Below are positions 21,873 through 33,100 of a DNA stretch of 64,000 nt, piece by piece. Below the pieces are notes generated by a model. That model worked only from the letters and a program-made list of their open reading frames with translations. It did not search any database and was not told the DNA's origin. A program made the translations under genes and the position numbers. Origin of the DNA: an uncultured candidate division Zixibacteria bacterium (GTDB lineage: Bacteria; Zixibacteria; MSB-5A5; UBA10806); contig CAWFQL010000012.1 of NCBI GenBank assembly GCA_963817915.1, forward strand, positions 480,001 through 544,000, written 5' to 3'. Each line of letters starts with the position of its first letter. Position 1 is the stretch's first letter.

Positions 21873-22723
21873 CCGAATCAATTCCCATCATTTGTCGCAG
21901 GCCTCGTTTCAATAAAACCGCTACCATCTCTTTTCTGTATATTGCGTCCGAACGAATATCATCGATCGGCCTGGCCTCACTTTTCGCCATTTCGCCGGCC
22001 TTTTCGATTATATCGCTATCGAGCGTTTTATCTTTCAGGAATTCTTCAGTCGCACTTGCCCTGATAACAGTCGGCGCAACAGCACCCAGCGCGATTTTTA
22101 TTTCGACGACCTTCCCCTTTTTTAATCGTTGCGCTCGAGGCTACGGAAACTTTGCTTATCGCCAGTGCTTTTCTTGTGGCCAGCCGAAGGAAGAAGCCGT
22201 GATTGATTATTTTTGTTAATTTTATGGATGTAATCAGTTCGTTTGGTTTCAATACGGTCATTCCGGGACCTTTGTAAAATTTCTCAATTGGAATCAATCG
22301 CTTACTTTTTATAGATGACAATTCCAGTATCGCACCTAAAACGTATAATGGAGGAATCAAGTCCCCCGCCGGGGAGCCGTTGGCGATATTTCCGCCTATT
22401 GTCGCGCGATTTCTAATTTGAACCGATCCGGCCAGAGAAGCCGCTTCCACTAATTGCGGCGCATGTTTCCTCAACAGCGCCGATTTTTCTATCTCCGCGA
22501 ATGTTACCAGCGGCCCGATGGAAACTGTATTCTTAACAAACGATATTTTATGAAGTGACGACACTTTCTCCAATACCAGCAATTTCGGCCAGGGCTTCGA
22601 TAACTGATCATGGAGCCTGACCAGTATATCAGTACCGCCGGCGACAGCGACCGTGTTTTTGCCGTTCTTAGCTTGTAATGCCGCCTTCAGATTGGCAGGA
22701 TTTATCGTCTCTATAACTTTCAT
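21865..22723 (-). CDS. Xanthine dehydrogenase-family FAD subunit (copy 1); frameshift in A/G run near 22115-22123
   Basis: AGGTD, QIRNRATIGGNIANGSPAGD; shifted frame continues IALGAVAPT..PIDDIRSDAIYR to TGA at 21865. Confidence 0.9.
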
Positions 22724-23199
22724 TTTTTCACTGCTGATGTCGTAATATTCTCAGCCGCCATCTCCACCGCCTCGATTATTTTACTATATCCGGTGCAGCG
22801 GCACAAATTGCCAGATAACGATCTTTTTATTTCCAAACGTGTCGGATTCGGATTTTTCTTCAATAGGGAAGAGGCCGATAGAATCATACCCGGTGAACAA
22901 AATCCGCATTGAACAGCACCGGTCTTTTTGAATGCTTCCTGTATTGGTCTGAAATGATCGTTATTCTCGATTCCTTCGATCGTGGTAATTTCCCTGCCGT
23001 CAATTTGGGATGATAAAATCAGACATGAACAGACCGGGTCGCCATCTAAAAGAACCGTGCAGGCTCCGCATTCGCCTTTGCCGCATCCTTCTTTTGTCCC
23101 GACAAGCTCAAATCTTTCGCGCAACAGATCGATTAATCGTTCTCCACCCGACGCTTCAATCGCAACCTGTTTTCCATTCAATTTAAATTTGAGCTTCAT
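22720..23199 (-). CDS. Xanthine dehydrogenase-family 2Fe-2S subunit (copy 1)
   Basis: GTKEGCGKGECGACTV, QCGFCSPG, GNLCRCTGY. Confidence 0.93.
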   Translation of the reverse strand: MKLKFKLNGKQVAIEASGGERLIDLLRERFELVGTKEGCGKGECGACTVLLDGDPVCSCLILSSQIDGREITTIEGIENNDHFRPIQEAFKKTGAVQCGFCSPGMILSASSLLKKNPNPTRLEIKRSLSGNLCRCTGYSKIIEAVEMAAENITTSAVKK

Positions 23200-25442
23200 T
23201 TATTGTGCATTCCCAGCCATATTTTTTCGGGGCTTATCGGCAATTCCTTTATTCGCACTCCAACCGCGTCATAAACAGCATTGGCAATCGCAGGGGCAAT
23301 CCCCATCAACGGCTGCTCGCCAAATCCCTTGGCGCCGAATGGTCCTTCCGGAAAGGGATGCTCGACAATTATTGGAATTATCTCAGGCTGATCTTCAGCG
23401 GTGGGAATTATATAAGTCGAAAATTCGGAATTCCTTATAGAACCCTTGGAGTCGGCAGTCATGTTTTCCGAAAGTGCGTAACCGATTCCCTGCAATGTAC
23501 CGCCTTCAATCTGCCCTTCCACTAATGCCGGATTAATTGCTTTGCCGACATCATGCGCGGCCCAGATTTTCAAAACAGTAACTTCGCCTGTTTCTTTGTC
23601 TACTTTGACTTTGGCCAAATTAGTAGCCCAGGCATAAACAACATAGGCATCGCCCTGGCCTGTCTCGTCATCGAAGCTGGTCGAATGAGTCACATACCAG
23701 CCTTCAGCCGCTAGACGTTTCTTTTTCATTACGCACGATTTAATGACATCAATTAGCGGGTGAGTATCATTGTTGATTATTACCCTACCATCATCGATTT
23801 TTATATTCGAGATTGGTTGATTATACTTAAGGCTCGCCTCTTCCAATAGAATGCTTTTTATTTTCAGACAGGCATCGATTAGCGCATTGCCTGACATTGT
23901 CGTCGATCTCGATGCCACGGTCGGCCCTGAATCTGGAACACGGCTGGTATCCGCGGGATTCATTATCACCCATTCTAATGGCGTTCCCAATTCTTCCGCC
24001 ACGATTTGCGAAAGCACGGTTCTCATTCCCTGGCCGATTTCAGTCGTTCCTACGGAAAACAGAACTGACCCATCGGCATGCAAGATGATATGCGCTCCTG
24101 TACGAGCCAGATATTTACCCCCGGCGCCGAGACCGACTCCATAATAGATCGTCGAAAGACCGTAGCCTATGCCATCGTCCTTTTTCGATTTTGGAGACCA
24201 CCCCGAAACCTGAAGAACCTTGTCGAGCGTCTCTTCCAGTCCGATGCTGTTATTCAGTTTTTGTCCGGTGACTGTCGTATCTCCGACTCTCAGCAAATTT
24301 CTTCTTCGAAATTCTACCGGATCCATGCCTATCTTTTCCGCTAATTGATCCATCTGCGATTCAACCGCGAATATAATTTGCGGCGAGCCAAAACCCCTGA
24401 ACGCGCCCGTCGGTACTTTATTGGTAGCGACCGCATAACTATCAATTTTGGCGTTTTCGCATCGATATGGGCCGACCGAATGAGCTGTCCCTCGAAATAA
24501 TACTACACCCGATAAAGTAGCATAGGCGCCGCCATCTATCACATATTCGGCTTCGACCGCTTTTAATGTCCCATTTTTATCAACGCCGGATTTATATCGT
24601 ACCCAGGCCGGATGACGTTTGGAGGTGCAGATCATGTCTTCTTTGCGATCATAAACCAATTTGACGGGACGTTTTAATTTCCATGCCGGCAATGCTACCT
24701 GACAAGCCAATAACGATGGCACATCTTCTTTTCCGCCAAATCCCCCGCCGGTCGCGCATTGAATGACCCTGACCTTATTCTCTGGCAGACCCAAAATTGT
24801 GGTAATGGCTTTTCTAATATAGAATGGGCATTGCATTGAGCCCCGGATTTCAATGCTGCCATCCGGATAGGGAATCGCTATCATCGCCTGTGGTTCTATA
24901 TATGCATGTTCCTGATACGGAGTTCGATATTCATTCTCGATTATAACTTCGCATTCTTTGAATGCCTGCTCCGGGTTGCCCCGTCTGATCTTTAGATGGC
25001 GGTATATATTATCATTTCCAAAAAGATGGATATCCTTGTGATTACGCGCCTCCAATGGATCAAGTAATGGCGCTAAATTTTTTATTTTCACTTCGATATT
25101 CTGAACAGCTGCCCGTGCGCTCTGACGGTCATCGGCAACCATAATCGCGATCGGTTCACCGATATAATTGACTGCGTTTTCCGCCAGAAATGGCTGATCG
25201 TCAATTACTATCGGTATGCAATTTTTTCCCGGAATATCTTTGAATGTGAAAATGCCCTTAACGCCATTATTTCCTATAATTTTGCCTGTATCCAATTTTT
25301 GAATGACGCCGCGGGCGATCGGGGAACGGACTATTGCAGCATGAAGCATTCCATGAATCTTGTAGTCATCGGTGAAAAGCCCGGCTCCGGTTACTCGTTC
25401 TGCGCTGTCTGAACGAATTACTCTTTTCCCTACAACACTCAC
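23196..25442 (-). CDS. Xanthine dehydrogenase-family molybdopterin subunit (copy 1)
   Basis: GGGFGGKED, AFRGFGSPQ, EIGQG, GPTVASR, AKGFGEQP. Confidence 0.93.
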   Translation of the reverse strand: MSVVGKRVIRSDSAERVTGAGLFTDDYKIHGMLHAAIVRSPIARGVIQKLDTGKIIGNNGVKGIFTFKDIPGKNCIPIVIDDQPFLAENAVNYIGEPIAIMVADDRQSARAAVQNIEVKIKNLAPLLDPLEARNHKDIHLFGNDNIYRHLKIRRGNPEQAFKECEVIIENEYRTPYQEHAYIEPQAMIAIPYPDGSIEIRGSMQCPFYIRKAITTILGLPENKVRVIQCATGGGFGGKEDVPSLLACQVALPAWKLKRPVKLVYDRKEDMICTSKRHPAWVRYKSGVDKNGTLKAVEAEYVIDGGAYATLSGVVLFRGTAHSVGPYRCENAKIDSYAVATNKVPTGAFRGFGSPQIIFAVESQMDQLAEKIGMDPVEFRRRNLLRVGDTTVTGQKLNNSIGLEETLDKVLQVSGWSPKSKKDDGIGYGLSTIYYGVGLGAGGKYLARTGAHIILHADGSVLFSVGTTEIGQGMRTVLSQIVAEELGTPLEWVIMNPADTSRVPDSGPTVASRSTTMSGNALIDACLKIKSILLEEASLKYNQPISNIKIDDGRVIINNDTHPLIDVIKSCVMKKKRLAAEGWYVTHSTSFDDETGQGDAYVVYAWATNLAKVKVDKETGEVTVLKIWAAHDVGKAINPALVEGQIEGGTLQGIGYALSENMTADSKGSIRNSEFSTYIIPTAEDQPEIIPIIVEHPFPEGPFGAKGFGEQPLMGIAPAIANAVYDAVGVRIKELPISPEKIWLGMHNK

Positions 25443-26047
25443 AATTTCCTGGCCTTATCGAAATCATCCTGCGTATCAATATCCTGCAATATGCCGGGAT
25501 CGTTGACCTTTAATCGGATAACCATTCGCTCGTGATTTTTTATAAGCTCCTTAAGATTGGCCTCTTCCGATGATTCCAATGATTCCCTGATGATATGCTG
25601 CGTAATAATAATGGGATGACCCCGACGATTATCGTAAACCGGAATTACTATCCTATTCGTAAATTTCTGCCAGGTATCGAGAAGGTGTTTATATGTTCCG
25701 GCCGCTACGAACGGATGATCGACCAGCGTTACTAGAGCTCCCCCAATTTCCGAATGCAAAACCGAAAGAGCGCTTTTCAGGCTGGAAAATTGTCCTTGTT
25801 CCCAATTTTTATTCAGTACAAATTTAATGCCCAGCCTGTTGGCTTCTAATCTGACTTCGCTCCATTCAGAACCGCCAACAACATATACATCAGAAAAATC
25901 AAGTTTCTTTAAATTTCCTGCAATTACTTCAAGGAAGCTCATGCCTTTTAATTTCAGAAGCGCTTTATTCTTGCCGATTCGCTGTCCTTCACCGGCAGCG
26001 AGGATAATGGCCGCTATTTCCTTTTTTTCTGAATTCATATTATTCAA
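25439..26047 (-). CDS. mocA: Molybdenum cofactor cytidylyltransferase (MocA-like)
   Basis: ILAAGEGQRIGKNKALL, GQFSSL, LVDHP, RGHP, DIDT; adjacent to Xdh-family genes. Confidence 0.85.
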   Translation of the reverse strand: MNNMNSEKKEIAAIILAAGEGQRIGKNKALLKLKGMSFLEVIAGNLKKLDFSDVYVVGGSEWSEVRLEANRLGIKFVLNKNWEQGQFSSLKSALSVLHSEIGGALVTLVDHPFVAAGTYKHLLDTWQKFTNRIVIPVYDNRRGHPIIITQHIIRESLESSEEANLKELIKNHERMVIRLKVNDPGILQDIDTQDDFDKARKL

Positions 26048-26050
26048 AAA

Positions 26051-27052
26051 TTATACTTCGATCTTTCCACCCATTGTCATCGCCATAACAGCCTTGCAGG
26101 TGTGTAAACGATTTTCCGCTTCGGGATATACCCATGATTGCTTGCCATCGATTACCGAATCCGTCACTTCATTGCCCCTGTCCGCGGGCAGGCAATGCAT
26201 ATAGATAGCGTCCTTTTTCGCTAATGACATCATATGATCGTCGCAAATCCAGTTTTTGTAATTCGCCGCCAATTTCAATGCCTCTTGCGGCTTTCCAAAA
26301 AGCTCCAATATCCCCCAGCTTTTGGGATACACTATGTCGGCATTTTCAAATGCCTCTTCCATTGAATCCGCTATCTCAAATTTCGCCCCATTTTGCGAGG
26401 CATTCTTTCCGGCTAAATCTATTTGGTCCGCCATCAATTTAAATTCCGGCGGATGTGCCAGAACAACATTCATTCCGTATCGTGTCATCAAAGTTATCAG
26501 ACCCTGGGGAACCGATAACGGCTTGGCATAGCTTGGAGCATACGCCCAACTTACAGCGATCTTTTTCCCCTTAAGATTATCGCCGAATTTCTCCTTTATT
26601 GTCATTAAATCCGCTAATGTCTGAAATGGATGATCTATATCGCACTGCATATTGAAAACCGGTACTGTAGCGTGTTTCGCTACTTCGCGCATGTAGCTAT
26701 TTCCTTCGCCAGGTACAAGGTCGTGCCTGATCGCGATGGCGTCCCCATACGATGAAAGGATTATTCCCATATCTTTGGGACTTTCTCCATGGGCCACTTG
26801 TGAAGTCGATGCCTCAATAAAATGAGCGTGCCCGCCTAACTGGGTTATCCCGGCTTCGAACGAATTTCGAGTCCTTGTGGATTTATCAAAAAAGAATAGA
26901 AAAACCGTTTTATCTTCTAAGAGCCTGTGGGGAATTCCATTATGCTTCTTGTTCTTTAAATCTTTTGCCACCTTCAACGCCAATTCTATTTCATCATTAG
27001 ACCATTCCTGCGTTGTGATATAATCTCGACCTGTCAGTTTTTTCGCGTTCAT
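26051..27052 (-). CDS. ygeW: YgeW-like (knotted-type) carbamoyltransferase
   Basis: STRT and HCLP motifs plus YgeW-type WAYAPSYAKPLSVPQG loop and HPFQTLAD. Confidence 0.8.
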   Translation of the reverse strand: MNAKKLTGRDYITTQEWSNDEIELALKVAKDLKNKKHNGIPHRLLEDKTVFLFFFDKSTRTRNSFEAGITQLGGHAHFIEASTSQVAHGESPKDMGIILSSYGDAIAIRHDLVPGEGNSYMREVAKHATVPVFNMQCDIDHPFQTLADLMTIKEKFGDNLKGKKIAVSWAYAPSYAKPLSVPQGLITLMTRYGMNVVLAHPPEFKLMADQIDLAGKNASQNGAKFEIADSMEEAFENADIVYPKSWGILELFGKPQEALKLAANYKNWICDDHMMSLAKKDAIYMHCLPADRGNEVTDSVIDGKQSWVYPEAENRLHTCKAVMAMTMGGKIEV

Positions 27053-27389
27053 TCTCTCGTTTTGCCTTTCACAAAATTAACCATTTCGACGCATTCAATA
27101 TGCGGCAAACAGACTATAAAAATGTTTTGCATTTGATAAGATACACTAAATCATTATGCGGTTGCAAGTTATTTCAATAGTTTAAGATGAGCTTTTATCC
27201 CCGCTGCTAAAACGCCGATAAATGTTCTTGACGAAAATATCTTATTAATTAGATTAAGTATAGACAGTAACTGGTTTTGATTTTTCGATAAATTCAATGG
27301 CTTGGAGTTTTTGCGCCTTCTGCGATAATTAGATGCTGTCGATTTTTCGGGAATTGATGTCCAAGTAAAATTTTGTCAGGAATTAGTTG

Positions 27390-29696
27390 ATGATGCCGCA
27401 GGAATTTGACAATTTATCAGCTGAATTAGATTCTCTACGCGAACAAATTACCAATCTTAATAATCACATAGAAAAGATTCAAAGAGAAAATGAATCGCTA
27501 ATTTCAACCGAACGCAAATTCCGGGATCTGATCGAATTGTTGCCCGAGACAGCATTCCAAATGAATACTGATCTTATTCTGACTTATGTAAACAAAGCGG
27601 GCCTGGAATTAATGGGATACACTCAAAACGATATAAACAACGGTTTAAATGCCCTTGAAACGATTATTCCTGAAGACCGCGAAAAAGCTATAGAAAATAC
27701 CGCCAGAGTTTTAAACGGCGGGAAAGCTGAACTTAAAAAATATACGGCATTAAGAAAGGACGGGACCACTTTTCCCGCAATCATCAAGGCTATCCCCATT
27801 ATTGAGAATAATATAATTACCGGGATGCGAGGGATTTTGGTTGATATATCAAGCCGGGAGGATTTTGACAGAATCCAGGCAGCTCTGGTTAAAATTTCCG
27901 AATCGCGAAATCTCCATGGTAAATTTGATGAAATGCTTGCCGAAATTCATAAAATTCTTGGCTCATTAATTGATACCACCGATTTTTATATAGCCCTTTA
28001 TAATAAAGCCGATGACACCTATGATTTTCCTTATTATGTAAGTACAAAATATAAATCAGCCTGGACATCAAGAAGTATCAAGAAGCATTTGACCGATTAT
28101 GTCCGAAAGACAGGCAAGCCTTTGCTTGCCAATCATGCCGTTTATGAAGAGCTCAGTGCTAAGGGGGAATTTGACATTGATAAAGATCTTCCATCAAGCT
28201 GGCTTGGCGTCCCGTTAAAAATTGCCGGGATTACCATAGGTGTGGTGGCCGTTAGAAGCTATGAGCCATCTCTCCAATATAATGAAAATGATCTTAAGAT
28301 TCTCGATATGGTTTCCGGAAATATTGCCATGTCTATAAAGCAAAAACGCGCCGAAGACGCCCTTCGGGAAAGCGAAGAAAAATATCGATCCTTCATAGAA
28401 AAGGCATCGGAACCGATCTTTTCTATTACCGAAACCGGCGAATTTCTCGTAGTCAATGTCGCCGCGGCAAAATATCTTGGAGGCATCCCGAAAGATTTTA
28501 TAAATAGGTCGATGTGGGACCTTTTCCCCAAGAAGATTGCCGATAAACAAATGAAATCGGTGCTAAAATCTATAAATACTCAAAAAGCTCTTACCATTGA
28601 AGCCCGAACAATATTAAACGGACAGGAGAGGTGGTTTAGTAATAAAATCGACCCTGTTCAGGACAGCAAGGGTTCCGTCAGAAGTGTCCAGATTATCGCG
28701 TCCGATATTACAGATAGAAAACGAAATGAGATAAGGGAAAAGGCCCGGCTTAAGCTTCTTAATCTTCTCAGAGACGCCAAGAATGTCGATGAGTGCCTTG
28801 AATATGGCTGCAATGCGATTTATGAATCGGAACTGTTCAAAAGAGCTGTTTTAACTCTTCATAGTGACAAGAGAGAAATAACCAATATTGGGTACATTGG
28901 ACTGGAAAAATCAGTCATCGCCGCCGCGTTGAAAGCGCCCGCTCCCGATCCGCGCATGTCGGCGCAGATTACACAGGAAAAATTCCGAATCAGCCATTCA
29001 TACTTTATCCCTAAAGAGGCGTATACGGGAATTCAGAATCTATCGCAATACATCAGCCAGCGAAAAGAAAAAGATGAAGAGAAAACATCGTGGAAGGCCG
29101 GCGATGATTTGTTCGTGCCTGTTTTCGGAGATAACTCCAAACACTGCGGCTGGCTTTCCGTGGATACCCCATTCAACAAATGCAGACCAACTACTGATGA
29201 AGTGATAATTCTCGAAGAAATCGTGGATATCGTCACCAAAAAAGTACGAGAAATCCAAAGCCTCGATGAGCTATCAAAGGAACGTAAAACGCTGCACGAA
29301 AAAAATATCGCTCTCAAGGAAATTCTTGATTCCATAGAAAACGAGAAAGATGAAATTAGAAGGCAGATATCATCTACAATCGACCAAACCATCCTGCCCG
29401 CCCTAAGCAAACTCATCAAGAGAGATGGAACAGTAAATAAAGCCTATTATAATGTTATAGCTCATGATTTGCAGCGGTTAGCGGCAATTACAGGCAAGGA
29501 TGATATCCTGGAGTCGTTATCTCCGAGGGAATTTGAAATCTGCACTCTGATAAAAAATGGAGCGTCCTCAAAAGACATAGCTGAGGCCCTTAACATCTCA
29601 GTCTCCACGGTGCAAAAGCACCGCGAAGTTATCAGAAAAAAACTTGGACTCATTAATCAAAATATCAACCTCACGACATACCTGCTTAAAAAATGA
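27390..29696 (+). CDS. PAS-GAF-PAS-sensor-LuxR HTH one-component regulator (paralog 1)
   Basis: PAS (YVNKAG, RKDGT), GAF (WLGVPL, YNENDL), second PAS, C-terminal LSPREFEI..STVQKHREVIRKKLGL. Confidence 0.9.
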   Translation: MMPQEFDNLSAELDSLREQITNLNNHIEKIQRENESLISTERKFRDLIELLPETAFQMNTDLILTYVNKAGLELMGYTQNDINNGLNALETIIPEDREKAIENTARVLNGGKAELKKYTALRKDGTTFPAIIKAIPIIENNIITGMRGILVDISSREDFDRIQAALVKISESRNLHGKFDEMLAEIHKILGSLIDTTDFYIALYNKADDTYDFPYYVSTKYKSAWTSRSIKKHLTDYVRKTGKPLLANHAVYEELSAKGEFDIDKDLPSSWLGVPLKIAGITIGVVAVRSYEPSLQYNENDLKILDMVSGNIAMSIKQKRAEDALRESEEKYRSFIEKASEPIFSITETGEFLVVNVAAAKYLGGIPKDFINRSMWDLFPKKIADKQMKSVLKSINTQKALTIEARTILNGQERWFSNKIDPVQDSKGSVRSVQIIASDITDRKRNEIREKARLKLLNLLRDAKNVDECLEYGCNAIYESELFKRAVLTLHSDKREITNIGYIGLEKSVIAAALKAPAPDPRMSAQITQEKFRISHSYFIPKEAYTGIQNLSQYISQRKEKDEEKTSWKAGDDLFVPVFGDNSKHCGWLSVDTPFNKCRPTTDEVIILEEIVDIVTKKVREIQSLDELSKERKTLHEKNIALKEILDSIENEKDEIRRQISSTIDQTILPALSKLIKRDGTVNKAYYNVIAHDLQRLAAITGKDDILESLSPREFEICTLIKNGASSKDIAEALNISVSTVQKHREVIRKKLGLINQNINLTTYLLKK

Positions 29697-29796
29697 CTTT
29701 CGATTATCCCACCCCGGGATCTGCTGCAAATCATTGCACTCGTAAAATTAGCAATTGGCGTCTGTCAACCCTTATATAAAGTCGACCTTACTTTAT

Positions 29797-29867
29797 TGCG
29801 TATCTGTTAATACGCATTTAGTGGGTAATCTATCCGTATTGACTATCACATGGATAAAACATACTTT
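29797..29867 (+). promoter_or_regulatory. Palindromic operator TGCGTAT-ctgtta-ATACGCA (29797-29816) plus sigma70-like promoter TTGACT(29839)-17-TACTTT
   Basis: Perfect 7-6-7 inverted repeat 22 bp upstream of the -35 box; same architecture twice more nearby. Confidence 0.7.
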
Positions 29868-30122
29868 AATCCGGTAAATAGACAATATATTTAAGTTGAT
29901 GCAAACAATTTAAAATTGAATTAGTCCTAATTTCTAATGCTTCCTGACGCTTCCCAAAATATTTCGCGACGAAAAAATGCGAAAAAGGAGTGTATCCATT
30001 GCTAAATCGTCTTAGTAGTACTCAGGTTTTTGCGCATCATATAAATTTCGCGTGCCTGCATGATTCAAGAGAAAATAATTTAACCATAAAAATGATGTTT
30101 ATTGGTGGATTGAGGTGAAAAG

Positions 30123-33100
30123 ATGAAAAGATTGTTATCATTTCTGATTGCTGTAATCATGGTAGCGGTTTGTTCCGCAATTTCGATTGCCGCTACAAAT
30201 GTGAGCCAACCTGTCTATATTACCAATAATGATAGCGAATACGATAGGAGCCCTTCGATTGTCTTTGATGGCTCATACTATTGGCTTTTTTATGTGAAAG
30301 GCGATGACGTCAACGGAGTGCGGGGCTTTAACGGCTACAATCCCGAAAATGATACTTATGTCGTCTATTACAAAAGGGCGACTTCTATAGCTAATCTGCC
30401 TTTGGACGACGAAACCCAGCTCTATCGATCGTCTTCCCAAAGACCTACTAATTTTGACCAATCAATGGTGTCCGCGGCTTACCTTAATAATAAGATATAT
30501 GTTTTTGTCTCCAGCGGTCTTTCGAGCGCTGATAGGGGACTATACTATTATATGTATAGCGGATCTGACTTGGTCAGGCCCGTTCAACCTTATCTCCAAT
30601 TCAATATCTCAGGGTAGCCATGTCAATATCGCCCGCGACAATAGCCACATATATATAGTATGGAGCTCATCCGATGGTAGTACCGATTGCTACACCTGGG
30701 ATGGAATTACACTCAGCTCCAAAATTGATGTAACTGACGATGGCTCGCCTGCAGTTGCCTTGGCGGGAGGCTCGCTTTATGTTGCAGGAACTGATAATAT
30801 CACCGGCGATATCGAGGTTTTTTCTGCTGCGGCCTCAGCAAATCCCGTATTTTCCCATCATTCAACCGCAATGACAGGCTTAATCAATTCCAATGCTGAG
30901 CTATTTAACAATGGTACTTCTCTTTGCCTTATCGCAGTGCCTTATGATAATGCTATCGAAAAGAAAAATCTTATCTATTCCGGATATATCGGTTCATCCT
31001 GGTCTCCGGCCAGAAGGATTAGCAGCGGCGGATATTCGGGCGCGAATTGGTGGGAATTCTCGCCGATCGGCTATAATGATGGTTTCGATTCTTACGTTAT
31101 CTTTTCCATGGAATCAGAAGGGACTACTTATTCTGATGCCGAAATCGCGTTCATAAAACTGAATTGGGATCTGGCCAATGATCACGATTTCCATATCCAA
31201 AATGCCATTAATCTTGCCGCCGATAATGACCAAATCAATGTGTCGGCAGGTGAATACTATGAAAATCAAATCGTGATAGACAAACCGGTTAATATTACCG
31301 GTGCCGGATTGGCCGCCACCATTATTGACGGAAGCAGTGTTACCGGATTACCTGGCTCAGGTCTAATCCGTATTATCGCTCCCGGTAATGTCACATTCAG
31401 CGGCTTCACTCTTCGCAAAGCCGGTAGTGTGAATGGCAGCGATAGATTTGGGATATACGCCAATTCAAGTGTACCCGGTTTCGAGTATAATATCAATAAC
31501 AATAGAATTATCGGCACCAATGATCCCAATGACGCCGGCGACTATGGTGTCTATGCCAGCAGTGGACATGAAAGCTTCAAATTCATTCAAAATGAAATCT
31601 CCGGTACAGGAGCAAATCCGATGCTGGTAGAGCTTCATGAAGGGCCTATCGAAATAAGCGAAAATTCGCTCGATGTCGGTGTGTGGGGGTGTGACGCTAT
31701 TTTTATAATGACCTATGGCGGTTTGGATATTTCGACATTGCAGAAAATCAGCGGTAATAGCATTAATGCCGGCACTGGAGGGCCATTCGACTATGATCAC
31801 AGGGCCTCCGGCATCACATTCGCGAGTGCCTATACAGGAACCCAGGGCAGGTTCTTGAATATCCAGATTACCGACAACACGGTTTATAATCTCAATTCAA
31901 ACCGGAGGGGAATAGGGCTTTGGAATAACGCTCCGGCTGGAAGTGGCAGTATCGGCGATATTGTAAATCCAGTCATTGCTCGTAATACCATAACCGGAGT
32001 GCCGGGTGCTGACCAGAGTCTTGGTATTAGACTGTTGGGACAAATCTCCAACGCCTCTATCATCAACAATTATATTGATGGTGCGGCAGTAGGCTTTAGA
32101 GGACAAATCTGGAATGGTCACATCGCGTTAAATTCAAATATCTACTCCAATAGTTTCACGAATAATACTCTCAATTTAGAATGGCAGGGAGCAGCTGCGA
32201 TTAATGCCTCCGACAACTGGTGGGGGATAAATACGCCATCCGGTGTGGCTTCCCTGGTCAGTCCATTAGTAGATTATACGCCCTGGCTTTATTCCGGCTT
32301 CGATACCGATCCCGGTACCAATGGATTCCAGGGCGACCTGGCAATATTATATGTCGATGACAACAGCTCTCAGACTGGCTCTATAAGCAGAATTCAAGAA
32401 GCAATCAATCAAGTTACCGGTACCAGCGTATTAATCGCTCCCGGCAATTACATCGAGCAGGTGGTGGTCACAAAACCAGGCTTAGTCTTAACAGGTGCTG
32501 GTTCGCACAGCGACCCATTGACAAACACCATAATTCAATCGCCAACTTCACTCACATATTATTTTAGAACAAGCTTGAATAATTATCCTATCATCGGTTT
32601 TGATGGTATTGCAAGTGGCAGCATTCAAAATTGCAGAATTGATGGCGCAGGCAGGGGCAACAGCAATTATCGCTTTGTTGGAATTGGATTCTGGAATGCA
32701 GGCGGCTCTGTGAGTAATTGCATTATTACCGGAATCCAGGATACTCCATTCAGCGGTTCCCAGCATGGAAATGGCATTTATACTTACAATAATACCGGCG
32801 GCCCTTATGTTATTAACGTGGACAATACCGGTATCTACGATTGCCAGAAGAACGGCATGACATTAAGCGGCAACGGCATGACGGCGAATGTGTCAAATTG
32901 TCTGGTTGTCGGTCACGGTCCGACTACCATCACTGCCCAAAATGGTATTCAGATCAGTAACGGTGCGATAGGGACAATAATTGACTCCGAAATTTCAGGC
33001 ATTAATTACACGGGTTCACAAAATGCTTCTGCATCCGGAGTATTGCTTTATTATCCTCCGGGAGCCGTTACCTTAAGCGGGAATAGTATTCATGATTGCC

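Noticed and set aside
27053..27386. Purine or Moco riboswitch upstream of the catabolic operon
   Set aside because: No recognisable consensus; only promoter-like boxes and a short aaccgcata shared with 37551-37559, too short to call
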